Positions 37,664 through 49,929 of a DNA stretch of 64,000 nucleotides are shown piece after piece (the stretch's first letter is position 1; each line of letters starts with the position of its first letter). A model generated the notes under the pieces. It was not told the origin of the DNA. It made no database searches and saw only the letters and a list, made by a program, of their open reading frames with translations. The position numbers and the translations under genes were made by a program. This DNA is from Balanoglossus misakiensis (Eukaryota > Animalia > Hemichordata). The stretch covers positions 62,001 through 126,000 of the forward strand of contig CM082590.2 in assembly GCA_040954595.2 (NCBI GenBank). Direction: 5' to 3'.

Positions 37664-38871
37664 TTTATCACATTCCTGCCTGGTTGTGGTTGCATGTATT
37701 TATAGAAAAATGTATACTAGGTATGTGCAGAAAAATTAAACTGAGCTGTAATATTAATGTATATACACATAAGAGTCATCAGAAACCAATGATAAGGTAA
37801 TCTAATAAATAATTTCTTCACAAACAATAAGCATAGTGACATTTGTAAATCATTGCTGACTAAAACATATTCTAAAAAATAACAAAGTCAGTCTGTAGTT
37901 GAATTAAATGAACAGGTGTCCATTTCATTGTAATTGCTTGTTTGAAGATAAATTCATTCACAGAATATTCTCTCTGATGTCAATAAATACAGATTTTAGA
38001 AATATTGATCAATAAATAAGTTAAGTATTATAAATAGTGTAGTGACAATTTTATATATCATTATATGATTAATAAATTATTGACAAATGATTAATTGAAA
38101 TTGTTAATCTATATTCCCCTTTTTATGCACACAGTATTTCATACTTTTGATTGGCTAAGACTGAATCATATGGTATAGTGAAAAAAACAAATTACATGGT
38201 TGACAGAGTCTACATATTGCTCATTGTGAGGGAATATATAGACAGTAAACACACACTAATTGCAACAGCACAATATCAGTTTTCCAAAATTCTATGAGTA
38301 CGAAGTACTAGTACAGTTCTCATGAGACAATGTAATGACCCTGGACAAGACACTACATGGCCATAATATAATAACACATGATGCACGATTTGTAGCCTGC
38401 CCCATGCAGAAGTTATTTTCACTCATGTTTATCAAGGAAGTCATGTTTTGCTGTCGGAAATGATGTACCGTCGCGGTTATTTATCATATTCAGGAAAATA
38501 CCGGATATTTTAATCGTCAACAGTCTAATAGGGGTAATGTGTCTGTCCTGTGTTCGAAATTGAAGTTTAAAAGTGTATTTCGAGTTTTGTCTGCTGCGAT
38601 CCCCGCCAGAGTTTTGTCTGCTGGGTTTTGTCTGCCCACTTCAGCCGAGTCACCCTAACCACCAATAGCTATATCTATCTCTCCCACGGCGTTGCCCAAA
38701 ATCTTAATCATATCGGCGTTAGGTGCATGTATCGTCTAGCAGACTAGGCATAGGTCAAATTTTAAGATGAAAGAAGTTTAAACACCTAGTCGGAACTTTT
38801 AAATAATAAAATAATGCTTTTTTTCAGATGGGGAGGTTGGGACGGCTGCAAAAATTAACTAAGTTTCTTAC

Positions 38872-39114
38872 CTTGTCGTCTTCATACACACTATCTTGTA
38901 CCAGGTAGACTCCACGCGCACACAAATCGCGTTAAATCTTGCCTCTGGCGACGTCCTGCAAAAAGACGTCCTTCACGAATTCTTCGGTATTCCACTGGCA
39001 GTTATTCCTTGAATAAAGAATCCATGGAAGTGGGTCCTCGCTGCCAATTTTTGGGGTAATATTTGCTCCACATTCAAATTGTCCAGGTAAGGGCGCGCAC
39101 ATGTCGTCTGCCAA
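38872..39114 (-). pseudogene. Decayed first coding exon of an unidentified gene
   Basis: An 81-codon frame from aaaacTTGGCA (possibly a mutated ATG) to AAG|gtaaga (phase 0), with one internal TAA: ADDMCAPLPGQFECG...RGKI*RDLCARGVYLVQDSVYEDDK. Confidence 0.5.
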
Positions 39115-39119
39115 GTTTT

Positions 39120-39730
39120 TTCCTCACGCATGCGTAGACAATGATGTTTTTCGCGTGACGTCATCAAACCGGAAGTCGGCCATGTTGGAGGCACTCATGT
39201 GTGTCGTCGTCTGCGCTGCAACGCCGCCCGAGCGAGTGACATGGAGATGTATTGTTCCTCCCCTTTAGAAAGTCATTTTTTGTTACAGGACTATAATGTA
39301 CAGGAAGAAATCATGCTGTACTCATCGTCAATCTCTATCCGGCGCAGAAAAATTACGATATGATGAAAAAATATCGTCGATTGGACACTTGGACCCTTAC
39401 ACTTTGGACGCCAAAGATTGGTCGTCAGACGTTGCCTTGTTAGGCCAAAGTAAGTAAATTCTTTGTTTTGCGTCCGCGCGCGCGTAGGTTTTCGGGCTTT
39501 TTTGAGAAAAATAACACAAAACTCATTTGCATAAGTTTCCAATCCACGGCGGTATTTTGTCGAAAAAAATGACATTTCGACAAATGCCACTTTACGGCAG
39601 TCCTATTCTAATCATGGTGTGACGTAAAACGGTACGCCCTACAGCAACTGCGCATGCTCGTAGTTGAAGTCTGTCAACACACGCTGCTGGCTGCACGCGT
39701 CCTGTCGCCGCGCATCTCCTCTGTCTGCTG
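39120..39730. promoter_or_regulatory. CpG-rich, housekeeping-type, possibly bidirectional promoter region
   Basis: NRF1-like ACGCATGCGT 39126-39135, perfect CRE TGACGTCA 39156-39163, ETS ACCGGAAGT 39168-39176, YY1-like GCCATGTT 39179-39186 and a second NRF1-like TGCGCATGCTC at ~39649. CpG density is high against the AT-rich flanks. Confidence 0.55.
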
Positions 39731-40054
39731 GGAAAGCCAGGGATCCCCGTGATTTAACATGAATGAAGCCAACGAATAAGTCGTCCTAAAGGTTACGGAA
39801 AAAGATAAAACTATCCTTGACTAGTTCAGGATGGAAGTGACCGACGCGCAAAACTTTGCACGGCTACTGGAAGCCATGGTGAATGTACCATAAAGCCGGC
39901 CGGACAGTGTTTCAGTCGCCGATCGTCACCACCTCGTCTACCAAAGGATGTTTTTCACCTTTTGTGCGGCCCCATACCCAGGTAACTAATTTATCTTAGT
40001 AGAGAAAACTTTTATAGTCAAGCCAGAACACAATAATCTTTGTTGCTGTTTGAT

Positions 40055-40385
40055 CACAGGGGGCTCTCCCTCCGCGATTTTGTTTGTTGTTATTGATTGG
40101 CATAATAACTAAATATGGTCACGTTTGTTTGTTGACATGTAAGGTATACTAGTATTCAACGGTCAGGGTTAGGGTGTACATGTATTCAACGGTTAGAGTA
40201 AGTGTTGGCATTTTTTCGATCCATGGCACTCCCACCTGACCGTTGAATACACCGTGACCCTAACCCTGACCGTTGAATATTATACCTAACATGTCAACAG
40301 ACAAACGTGACCATATTTATTTATTATGCCAATCAATAACAACAACAAACAAACAAACAAAATCGCGGAGGGAGAGCCCCCTGTG
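40055..40385. mobile_element. 331-bp palindromic MITE, P-superfamily-like
   Basis: Termini CACAGGGGGCTCTCCCTCCGCGATTTTGTTTGTT ... AACAAACAAAATCGCGGAGGGAGAGCCCCCTGTG, with imperfect inverted arms of >100 bp. 7-bp TSD GTTTGAT at 40048-40054 and 40386-40392. CANRG termini with a 7-8 bp TSD are typical of P elements. Confidence 0.85.
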
Positions 40386-40907
40386 GTTTGATTTCTGTCT
40401 TTTAAATCCAGTCACATGTTTTTTTGATTTTGTTAGATGTTTTCCTGGACAGTTTTTAAATATATTCATAAAGTGTGAAACAGTTATATTTGTCACATTT
40501 TATTTTCAAATATTTGATATTTAAAATTCATTTCATTTGTGATTTTTAGATCTAGGTCCAACAGATGATGGTGAGCATTACAAATCGTTCTGTCAGTGAA
40601 ATGGTACTAGAGAAAGGGAGCATTTAAAGGGGGGGGGGGGGGGTAAGCAAAAGAAAATTCTATGGTGGTAGATCAGTAAAAATAGGTGGTGGGACTGTGA
40701 AGTTCAGTGAATGTAGAACATTTGTGTTTATTGCAATACAGTCATATTTTAAGATTGAAAATTATCATCTCATGGGTTGGCATATGCATCATACTTCGTA
40801 GTGAGATGTTATCACTATACTCAAGCATGTTTTCGTATTTTGTTTACAGAATTTTCAAAAACATTTCTTCACAGAAATGTTTCATCGTGATCAACCAAAC
40901 TTGGCAG

Positions 40908-41149
40908 ATGGAAGTTTCTCCACATTACTACAGTGCCAGATTGAATAGTCCTGATGTTTGATATGTTTGTGGGTCAGGAATCATCTCATCCCTATTACAC
41001 CGGATATGAGGGAACAGTACCAGTCTATCCAGCCAGTCTGCAGAACTTGTAGAGACAGTGGCCACATTCAGCACACAAATAAGAAATCTAAAACTCGTAA
41101 AAGAAAAGCAAATGACAGATTAAAGGCTACAAATGACATTGTATTTTGA
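40908..41149 (+). pseudogene. Decayed Cys-rich C-terminal coding fragment, probably from another DNA transposon gene
   Basis: MEVSPHYYSARLNSPDV*YVCG then (frameshift) ...EQYQSIQPVCRTCRDSGH..KKSKTRKRK: a YYS..xxxCG..PxCxxC pattern plus a basic tail. Confidence 0.4.
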
Positions 41150-41288
41150 TCATATTGTAGTAGTGTGTCACACTACTACATAAATGTGCATATTGCACGA
41201 GAAAAACTCTGAAATAAAGGCAAACTAATTTTGTGTTATTTTGTGTGTGTGTGTTTTTTGACCGCTTACCCTCGTACCTTTTAGAATT

Positions 41289-41507
41289 TTGAGTGGACGC
41301 AAAACAAAGAATTTACTTACTTTGGCCTTACCATCGGTAACATATCCGGACATTGTAAATTATTTGGTATTCAACCCTAGTCCATACACTCTGGAAGACT
41401 TAAAATGCTATAAAAGCCTACAAAAAGCGTACAATCAGTTTGTTTGTGGATGGGTTAGAGGGTTGTCAACAAACTTCCGCAATGGACACTGTGTTGTGAC
41501 AGCAAAG
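41289..41507 (+). pseudogene. 5' exon of the ISL2EU second ORF (SWIM/YqaJ exonuclease protein)
   Basis: [43 protein letters not shown]...CVVTAK|gtaaga matches the recalled N-terminal motif ([10 protein letters not shown]...LK.YKSLEAYN.F..GWV) of ISL2EU exonuclease proteins. It points toward transposase copy 5. Confidence 0.78.
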
Positions 41508-41924
41508 GTAAGATATCGTAGTACATTGTGTACTTGAACTTCTCTGAATATTTGTTCGTACACCTTGATGTATTTCACCCCACAACTCCAGTACACATGT
41601 AGACTTGCTTAGGTCATCCCAAAAAACTACGGGGGTTTCAAGTTTTATGTATCCGCTGTTGTACATCGTTCCGATCAGTCACAAAAGACAGCTTTAGGCT
41701 CAAACACCGAGAACAGTTGTTTTCAGGAGAAACTCCCCATGGGGGGGGGGGGGGGGGTTGAAAATCGCTGTGTGCTATTATATGGCTGCCAATACACACT
41801 ATGCTTCAAAATGTACTAAAGAATTTTATAATTTATTTTGTTCAGATTATGTGACTGACCCCCTGTTGTTTGGATGTACCTGGGTATATAGCCAAAACCA
41901 GGTTTATGACATAAACAACTTCTT

Positions 41925-43808
41925 CCATCCCAATAACCCTTTCAACATGTATTCTAACATTGGCAATTCTTCTTGTTGTTTCTACATCTACAGCAGACAA
42001 TTGACTTTTACCTCTTGTAAAACTAGGAATTTTCATTTGAGCACACAAGCAACCCACACTCTCCTCAATATTAAACCCTTGCTCTGTCAGCAAGTATTAA
42101 ATCCCTTGGTAATAAATTATCTAGAATCCCACTGTTTTCAGTAATATGTTTGTCACTAGCCCGCCCACCCCAAGCCCTGGATATAAATGAGACAGTACCT
42201 TGAGGAGTGATTCCAATGAGAAACTTAATTGTGTTGTGGTGTTTATAAGAAGACCATGTTTCTGCCCGAGCTTTTAAATTTGATGACCTTTCTTATGAAT
42301 ATTTCAAAACAATCGATTATCACAATGCATTTTTTACCAAAATATTTACAAAACTTAATGGGCATTGTTTTCTGCAAACTAAATCGATCTGGCCAAAAGA
42401 CAAACGGTTTCATTCTTACATACATGACATCAATTACAATATTAACAATTCTAGAAACTGAAGATAACGAAACGGAAAACTCATAAGACAAGAACTGAAT
42501 TGGTAAATTAAAGCGTAACCTCATTAGTGTCATAATGAACATTCGAAATTTGTCGAGAGATGTGCGAGGGGGCAAGTAGTGTGCAATATAATTGTATAAT
42601 GTAATTAAAACAGTAAAAGAAGATATCCCAGTCAAAAACTTCGCTTTCTCATCGTCGCCTTCAAAATATGCCTCCGAAAATCGACTTTCATGTTCTGACA
42701 GTTTCTGTTTCAATATAAGATTGTCTGATCTCAAATCGTGCAGCTCACTGGTCATACAGTCCAACATATACCCAGTGAGATCAGTTTGCGTTTCACGGCT
42801 ACATTTGTTCGGGTCACTTTGGGGTTTGGGGGGTTTCTGTGCTTCCTCTAGCTCATATTCTTTCTGCTCCAATTTCCTCTTTCTTGTCTGTAATCTATCG
42901 TATCTGCCTAAAGCCTCAGCTGCCTTATCTGTATTCTTCCCTACATTAACTGTTGGAACCCAATCTGGGTTGTTTCTATCGTACAAGTCTGCCTTTTTAC
43001 CTAACGGACAGGGGGTTGAGAGAGATGGATATGGGGAGAGAGAGAGAGAGAAATCTTGAACACTTGTTCTCCTTTCACATGGCATGACCTTTGACCCGCT
43101 AATGCTAGGGGCGCATTTGATTCCATTTCCTGATATTTCTGGATAATGGGTATGGCAACACATTTTTTTAAAAAACAATACAAAACGAGGTATCACACTT
43201 CCAGGCAGGGGCCTAAATTTAGTGTAATCATTTTCAGCGTAAATTTGCATTGTTCCTAAGCGTTGTCGAACCCAGCATTGAAACTGACCTGGTTTGACCC
43301 CGCAAATGTAAACAAAACACTTACAGAATTGTTTATAGAAAGAGTGCTGTGAGACCTTTACCAAATGAGTGCGACTCCTCAAACAGCCGTAAAAATTCAT
43401 AAAGTAAAGTTTTTTTCAGTCGACAGAAATGCATGTCCGTGACCAACAAGTATATCTGACTCTAAGCATCACCGGTACGGTTTATCGATACCGCCGCCGG
43501 CCGACGACGACAGCTCGCTGCCAGTGTAAGTTCAGTTGTGTTATCTGCAGATTCGCGTGTTTTTGTCGCGGCCAAATGCAAATCCGTAAATATTGTTGAT
43601 GCCAAGTTGTGAAACATTTATTCGGTGTGTGATATAACAAGGTTTCAAAAGTTTCCAGTAAAACTTACCACTAAAAAAATGACTCGAACAAACCCGGACG
43701 TTGTCTAGGTTCTTATGATCAAATTTTGGCCGATCCTGGCTAACCATTCGCGCCGTCTCTCTTTTCACATTCTGGTCCTTGATTTGATATCACGGCAGGC
43801 AATCTATA
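41925..43808 (-). mobile_element. ISL2EU-type transposase pseudogene, copy 5 (3'-truncated, most ancestral-looking)
   Basis: Reads WPDRFSLQKTMP in frame (no 5-bp insertion) and FYRLP in the THAP domain. Has private frameshifts and is cut after [10 protein letters not shown]. Confidence 0.9.
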
Positions 43809-44890
43809 AAACTGCGAGAGAAAGAGAGAATCATTATGTCCTACCACTAGGGGCGCACTAGATGCGATAAAGGTCGGGGAATCCCTAATGTTGACCTTTG
43901 ACCTGTCACCACACGTGTACTGTTTGTTGATACTGTGAGCCTGTCACGCGTACAGCCAGAAATTGCCTCAAACTTTCACCGAATCCGGTCAAGAAGCGCC
44001 CGTGGTTTCAATATAGGTTGCCTAAACTCCACACAAGTGCAAGGAGGAGACTGAATCCACAGGAAAATGACAGTAAGATTGTATTTTTGCATGATGTTTA
44101 CAGTCATGTTGTGATTGTTTACATGCCGAGCGCTAGGGGTAGGGCATATGTTTAGGGCACCCAACAACAGCGTGCCGAGCAGAGCTGAGATAGCCGTAGC
44201 CGTCCAACCTTCCGACAGCGTGAAATATAGGGTTCGAAGGGGCCTGGCTCCGATAATTTTCTGTTTTGTCCGCGTCTTCGACAACAACACACTCCTGCGG
44301 TGTTGGAGTGAACGCAGTAGAAATCCGTCGTGTGCTCAAATCTCTGTTTTCCGGATCAAAATAACCGTATAACAAAACTGTTTTTTCAGTGATAAAATTA
44401 CCCCTGTTTAATAATAACATTGTGAAACAAATATATAAACTTCAATAACGGTTACAAATGAGATGACCGCTTCGCTGTTAATGTAACTTGTAAGTGGTTA
44501 GACCTTCGTTGAAAATTTTCAATCGGTGTGTAATAATAGTAGGTGGGTCGACACCATGGTTCAGGGTTTGAATCGTTTTAATAGCTGTTTATTTCTCGAG
44601 CATTATCTCAGTTGTTTACAAAACCATCAGTTCTGTGGGGAAAAAAGAATAAACATGATGTAATGTTTTGAAAGTAGTAACATACATAATTACCATAATG
44701 AAATGCACATTGTGTACTCAGTGTATATTTCAGGGTATTTCTGTGATATGTAAACATTCCGTCAGATGATGATTTTTATTTTGAGAAATTCTACAAAATG
44801 TTCAGTAATAACCTCTGTGAGCCCAAATTTCCCCTGGAGGCTTAAATTTTGGGTTATATTTTTAACTAATCTTGACAATTAAGACCTGGA

Positions 44891-44989
44891 ATGATTTGTG
44901 AACGTACAAAGTACTTCTTTGTTAGTGCCATCTTGCCAGAATTTGTGGGTAAATTTTTCACAAGGACATCAACACGCAAACCAACATAG
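44891..44989 (+). pseudogene. 3' fragment of the ISL2EU second ORF; also at 48966, 53037, 57110 and 61185
   Basis: MICERTKYFFVSAILPEFVGKFFTRTSTRKPT*. Confidence 0.7.
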
Positions 44990-45854
44990 AATCTTGTCAC
45001 TGCAGATTTGTTTATTTTTGTAATGTGGTGTATTCTGTAGCAGAACTTTCATGTGCACAGCAAATGAAAGTACAACAGAATACTCCACATCATGAGTGAA
45101 AATAACTTCTGCATGGGGCAGGCTACAAATCGTGCATCATGTGTTATTTTATTATGGCCATGTAGTGTCTTGTCCAGGGTCATAACATTGTCTCATGAGA
45201 ACTGTACTAGTACTTCGTACTCATAGAATTTTGGAAAACTGATATTGTGCTGTTGCAATTAGTGTGTGTTTACTGTCTATATATTCCCTCACAATGAGCA
45301 ATATGTAGACTCTGTCAACCATGTAATTTGTTTTTTTCCCTATACCATATGATTCAGTCTTAGCCAATCCAAAGTATGAAATACTGTGTGCATAAAAAGG
45401 GGAATATAGATTAACAATTTCAATTAATCATTTGTCAATAATTTATTAATCATATAATGATATATAAAATTGTCACTACACTATTTATAATACTTAACTT
45501 ATTTATTGATCAATATTTCTAAAATCTGTATTTATTGACATCAGAGAGAATATTCTGTGAATGAATTTATCTTCAAACAAGCAATTACAATGAAATGGAC
45601 ACCTGTTCATTTAATTCAACTACAGACTGACTTTGTTATTTTTTAGAATATGTTTTAGTCAGCAATGATTTACAAATGTCACTATGCTTATTGTTTGTGA
45701 AGAAATTATTTATTAGATTACCTTATCATTGGTTTCTGATGACTCTTATGTGTATATACATTAATATTACAGCTCAGTTTAATTTTTCTGCACATACCTA
45801 GTATACATTTTTCTATAAATACATGCAACCACAACCAGGCAGGAATGTGATCAA

Positions 45855-47883
45855 TCAATTAAAATCAACAACAGATTCGCACAGGTTTATCAGTGAACAG
45901 CAGACATGAACAATTTTGTCGATCATTGTGTTGCCCTCGTCATCTTTGGAAAGAAACAAATTAATAGGAAGTGTCCCACCCAAAATATTATACTTTTGTC
46001 TTGCCATCCCAATAACCCTTTCAACATGTATTCTAACATTGGCAATTCTTCTTGTTGTTTCTACATCTACAGCAGACAACTGACTTTTACCTTTTGTAAA
46101 ACTAGGAATTTTCATTTGAGCACACAAGCAACCCACACTCTCCTCAATATTAAACCCTTGCTCTGTCAGCAAGTATTAAATCCCCTGGTAATAAATTATC
46201 TAGAATCCCACTGTTTTCAGTAATATGTTTGTCACTAGCCCGCCCACCCCAAGCCCTGGATATAAATGAGACAGTACCTTGAGGAGTGATTCCAATGAGA
46301 AACTTAATTGTGTTGTGGTGTTTATAAGAAGACCATGTTTCTGCCCGAGCTTTTAAATTTGATGACCTTTCTATGAATATTTCAAAACAATCGATTATCA
46401 CAATGCATTTTTTACCAAAATATTTACGAAACTTCATGGGCATTGTTTTCTGCAAACTACTGTAAATCGATCTGGCCAAAAGACAAACGGTTTCATTCTT
46501 ACATACATGACATCAATTACAATATTAACAATTCTAGAAACTGAAGATAACGAAACGGAAAACTCATAAGACAAGAACTGAATTGGTAAATTAAAGCGTA
46601 ACCTCATTAGTGTCATAATGAACATTCGAAATTTGTCGAGAGACGTGCGAGGGGGCAAGTAGTGTGCAATATAATTGTATAATGTAATTAAAACAGTAAA
46701 AGAAGATATCCCAGTCAAAAACTTCGCTTTCTCATCGTCGCCTTCAAAATATGCCTCCGAAAATCGACTTTCATGTTCTGACAGTTTCTGTTTCAATATA
46801 AGATTGTCTGATCTCAAATCGTGCAGCTCACTGGTCATACAGTCCAACATATACCCAGTGAGATCAGTTTGCGTTTCACGGCTACATTTGTTCGGGTCAC
46901 TTTGGGGTTTGGGGGGTTTCTGTGCTTCCTCTAGCTCATATTCTTTCTGCTCCAATTTCCTCTTTCTTGTCTGTAAAGTGTAATCTATCGTATCTGCCTA
47001 AAGCCTCAGCTGCCTTATCTGTATTCTTCCCTACATTAACTGTTGGAACCCAATCTGGGTTGTTTCTATCGTACAAGTCTGCCTTTTTACCTAAGGGACA
47101 GGGGGTTGAGAGAGATGGATATGGGGAGAGAGAGAGAGAGAGAGAAATCTTGAACACTTGTTCTCCTTTCACATGGCATGACCTTTGACCCGCTAATGCT
47201 AGGGGCGCATTTGATTCCATTTCCTGATATTTCTGGATAATGGGTATGGCAACACATTTTTTTAAAAAAAAATACAAAACGAGGTATCACACTTCCGGGC
47301 AGGGGCCTAAATTTAGTGTAATCATTTTCAGCGTAAATTTGCATTGTTCCTACGCGTTGTCGAACCCAGCATTGAAACTGACCTGGTTTGACCCCGCGAA
47401 TGTAAACAAAACACTTACAGAATTTTTTATAGAAAGAGTGCTGTGAGACCTTTACCAAATGAGTGCGACTCCTCAAACAGCCGTAAAAATTCATAAAGTA
47501 AAGTTTTTTTCAGTCGACAGAAAGTATATCTGACTCTAAGCATCACCGGTACGGTTTATCGATACCGCCGCCGGCCGACGACGACAGCTCGCTGCCAGTG
47601 TAAGTTCAGTTGTGTTATCTGCAGATTCGCGTGTTTTTGTCGCGGCCAAATGCAAATCCGTAAATATTGTTGATGCCAAGTTGTGAAACATTTATTCGGT
47701 GTGTGATATAACAAGGTTTCAAAAGTTTCCAGTAAAACTTACCACTAAAAAAATGACTTGAACAAACCCGGACGTTGTCTAGGTTCTTATGATCAAAGTT
47801 TTGGCCGATCCTGGCTAACCATTCGCGCCGTCTCTCTTTTCACATTCTGGTCCTTGATTTGATATCACGGCAGGCAATCTATA
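45855..47883 (-). mobile_element. ISL2EU-type transposase pseudogene, copy 6
   Basis: Same motifs; carries the 4-, 5- and 7-bp insertions. Confidence 0.92.
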
Positions 47884-49929
47884 TAACTGCGAGAGAAAAA
47901 GAGAATCGTTATGTCCTACCACTAGGGGCGCACTAGATGCGATAAAGGTCGGGGAATCCCTAATGTTGACCTTTGACTTGTCACCACACGTGTACTGTTT
48001 GTTGATACTGTGAGCCTGTCACGCGTACAGCCAGAAATTGCCTCAAACTTTCACCGAATCCGGTCAAGAAGCGCCCGTGGTTTCAATATAGGTTGCCTAA
48101 ACTCCACACAAGTGCAAGGAGGAGACTGAATCCACAGGAAAATGACAGTAAGATTGTATTTTTGCATGATGTTTACAGTCATGTTGTGATTGTTTACATG
48201 CCGAGCGCTAGGGGTAGGGCATATGTTTAGGGCACCCAACAACAGCGTGCCGAGCAGAGCTGAGATAGCCGTAGCCGTCCAACCTTCCGACAGCGTGAAA
48301 TATAGGGTTCGAAGGGGCCTGGCTCCGATAATTTTCTGTTTTGTCCGCGTCTTCGACAACAACACACTCCTGCGGTGTTGGAGTGAACGCAGTAGAAATC
48401 CGTCGTGTGCTCAAATCTCTGTTTTCCGGATCAAAATAACCGTATAACAAAACTGTTTTTTCAGTGATAAAATTACCCCTGTTTAATAATAACATTGTGA
48501 AACAAATATATAAACTTCAATAACGGTTACAAATGAGATGACCGCTTCGCTGTTAATGTAACTTGTAAGTGGTTAGACCTTCGTTGAAAATTTTCAATCG
48601 GTGTGTAATAATAGTAGGTGGGTCGACACCATGGTTCAGGGTTTGAATCGTTTTAATAGCTGTTTATTTCTCGAGCATTATCTCAGTTGTTTACAAAACC
48701 ATCAGTTCTGTGGGGAAAAAAGAATAAACATGATGTAATGTTTTGAAAGTAGTAACATACATAATTACCATAATGAAATGCACATTGTGTACTCAGTGTA
48801 TATTTCAGGGTATTTCTGTGATATGTAAACATTCCGTCAGATGATGATTTTTATTTTGAGAAATTCTACAAAATGTTCAGTAATAACCTCTGTGAGCCCA
48901 AATTTCCCCTGGAGGCTTAAATTTTGGGTTATATTTTTAACTAATCTTGACAATTAAGACCTGGAATGATTTGTGAACGTACAAAGTACTTCTTTGTTAG
49001 TGCCATCTTGCCAGAATTTGTGGGTAAATTTTTCACAAGGACATCAACACGCAAACCAACATAGAATCTTGTCACTGCAGATTTGTTTATTTTTGTAATG
49101 TGGTGTATTCTGTAGCAGAACTTTCATGTGCACAGCAAATGAAAGTACAACAGAATACTCCACATCATGAGTGAAAATAACTTCTGCATGGGGCAGGCTA
49201 CAAATCGTGCATCATGTGTTATTTTATTATGGCCATGTAGTGTCTTGTCCAGGGTCATAACATTGTCTCATGAGAACTGTACTAGTACTTCGTACTCATA
49301 GAATTTTGGAAAACTGATATTGTGCTGTTGCAATTAGTGTGTGTTTACTGTCTATATATTCCCTCACAATGAGCAATATGTAGACTCTGTCAACCATGTA
49401 ATTTGTTTTTTTCCCTATACCATATGATTCAGTCTTAGCCAATCCAAAGTATGAAATACTGTGTGCATAAAAAGGGGAATATAGATTAACAATTTCAATT
49501 AATCATTTGTCAATAATTTATTAATCATATAATGATATATAAAATTGTCACTACACTATTTATAATACTTAACTTATTTATTGATCAATATTTCTAAAAT
49601 CTGTATTTATTGACATCAGAGAGAATATTCTGTGAATGAATTTATCTTCAAACAAGCAATTACAATGAAATGGACACCTGTTCATTTAATTCAACTACAG
49701 ACTGACTTTGTTATTTTTTAGAATATGTTTTAGTCAGCAATGATTTACAAATGTCACTATGCTTATTGTTTGTGAAGAAATTATTTATTAGATTACCTTA
49801 TCATTGGTTTCTGATGACTCTTATGTGTATATACATTAATATTACAGCTCAGTTTAATTTTTCTGCACATACCTAGTATACATTTTTCTATAAATACATG
49901 CAACCACAACCAGGCAGGAATGTGATCAA

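Larger units (their letters stand above)
21761..38427 (+). repeat. Left arm: tandem array of ~4.07 kb units (21761-26378, 26379-30451, 30452-34537, truncated 34538-38427)
   Basis: Identical ORF sets recur at 4064-4094 bp spacing. The junction aatcattc|caggtctta recurs. The last unit breaks at ...ttcactcatg (38427). Confidence 0.97.

Noticed and set aside
40165-40268. TTAGGG/CCCTAA telomere-like hexamers
   Set aside because: Single hexamers inside the MITE arms, not a telomeric tract.
40628-41757. Two poly-G runs in the spacer as functional G-quadruplex elements
   Set aside because: Simple homopolymers common in invertebrate genomes, with no further support.
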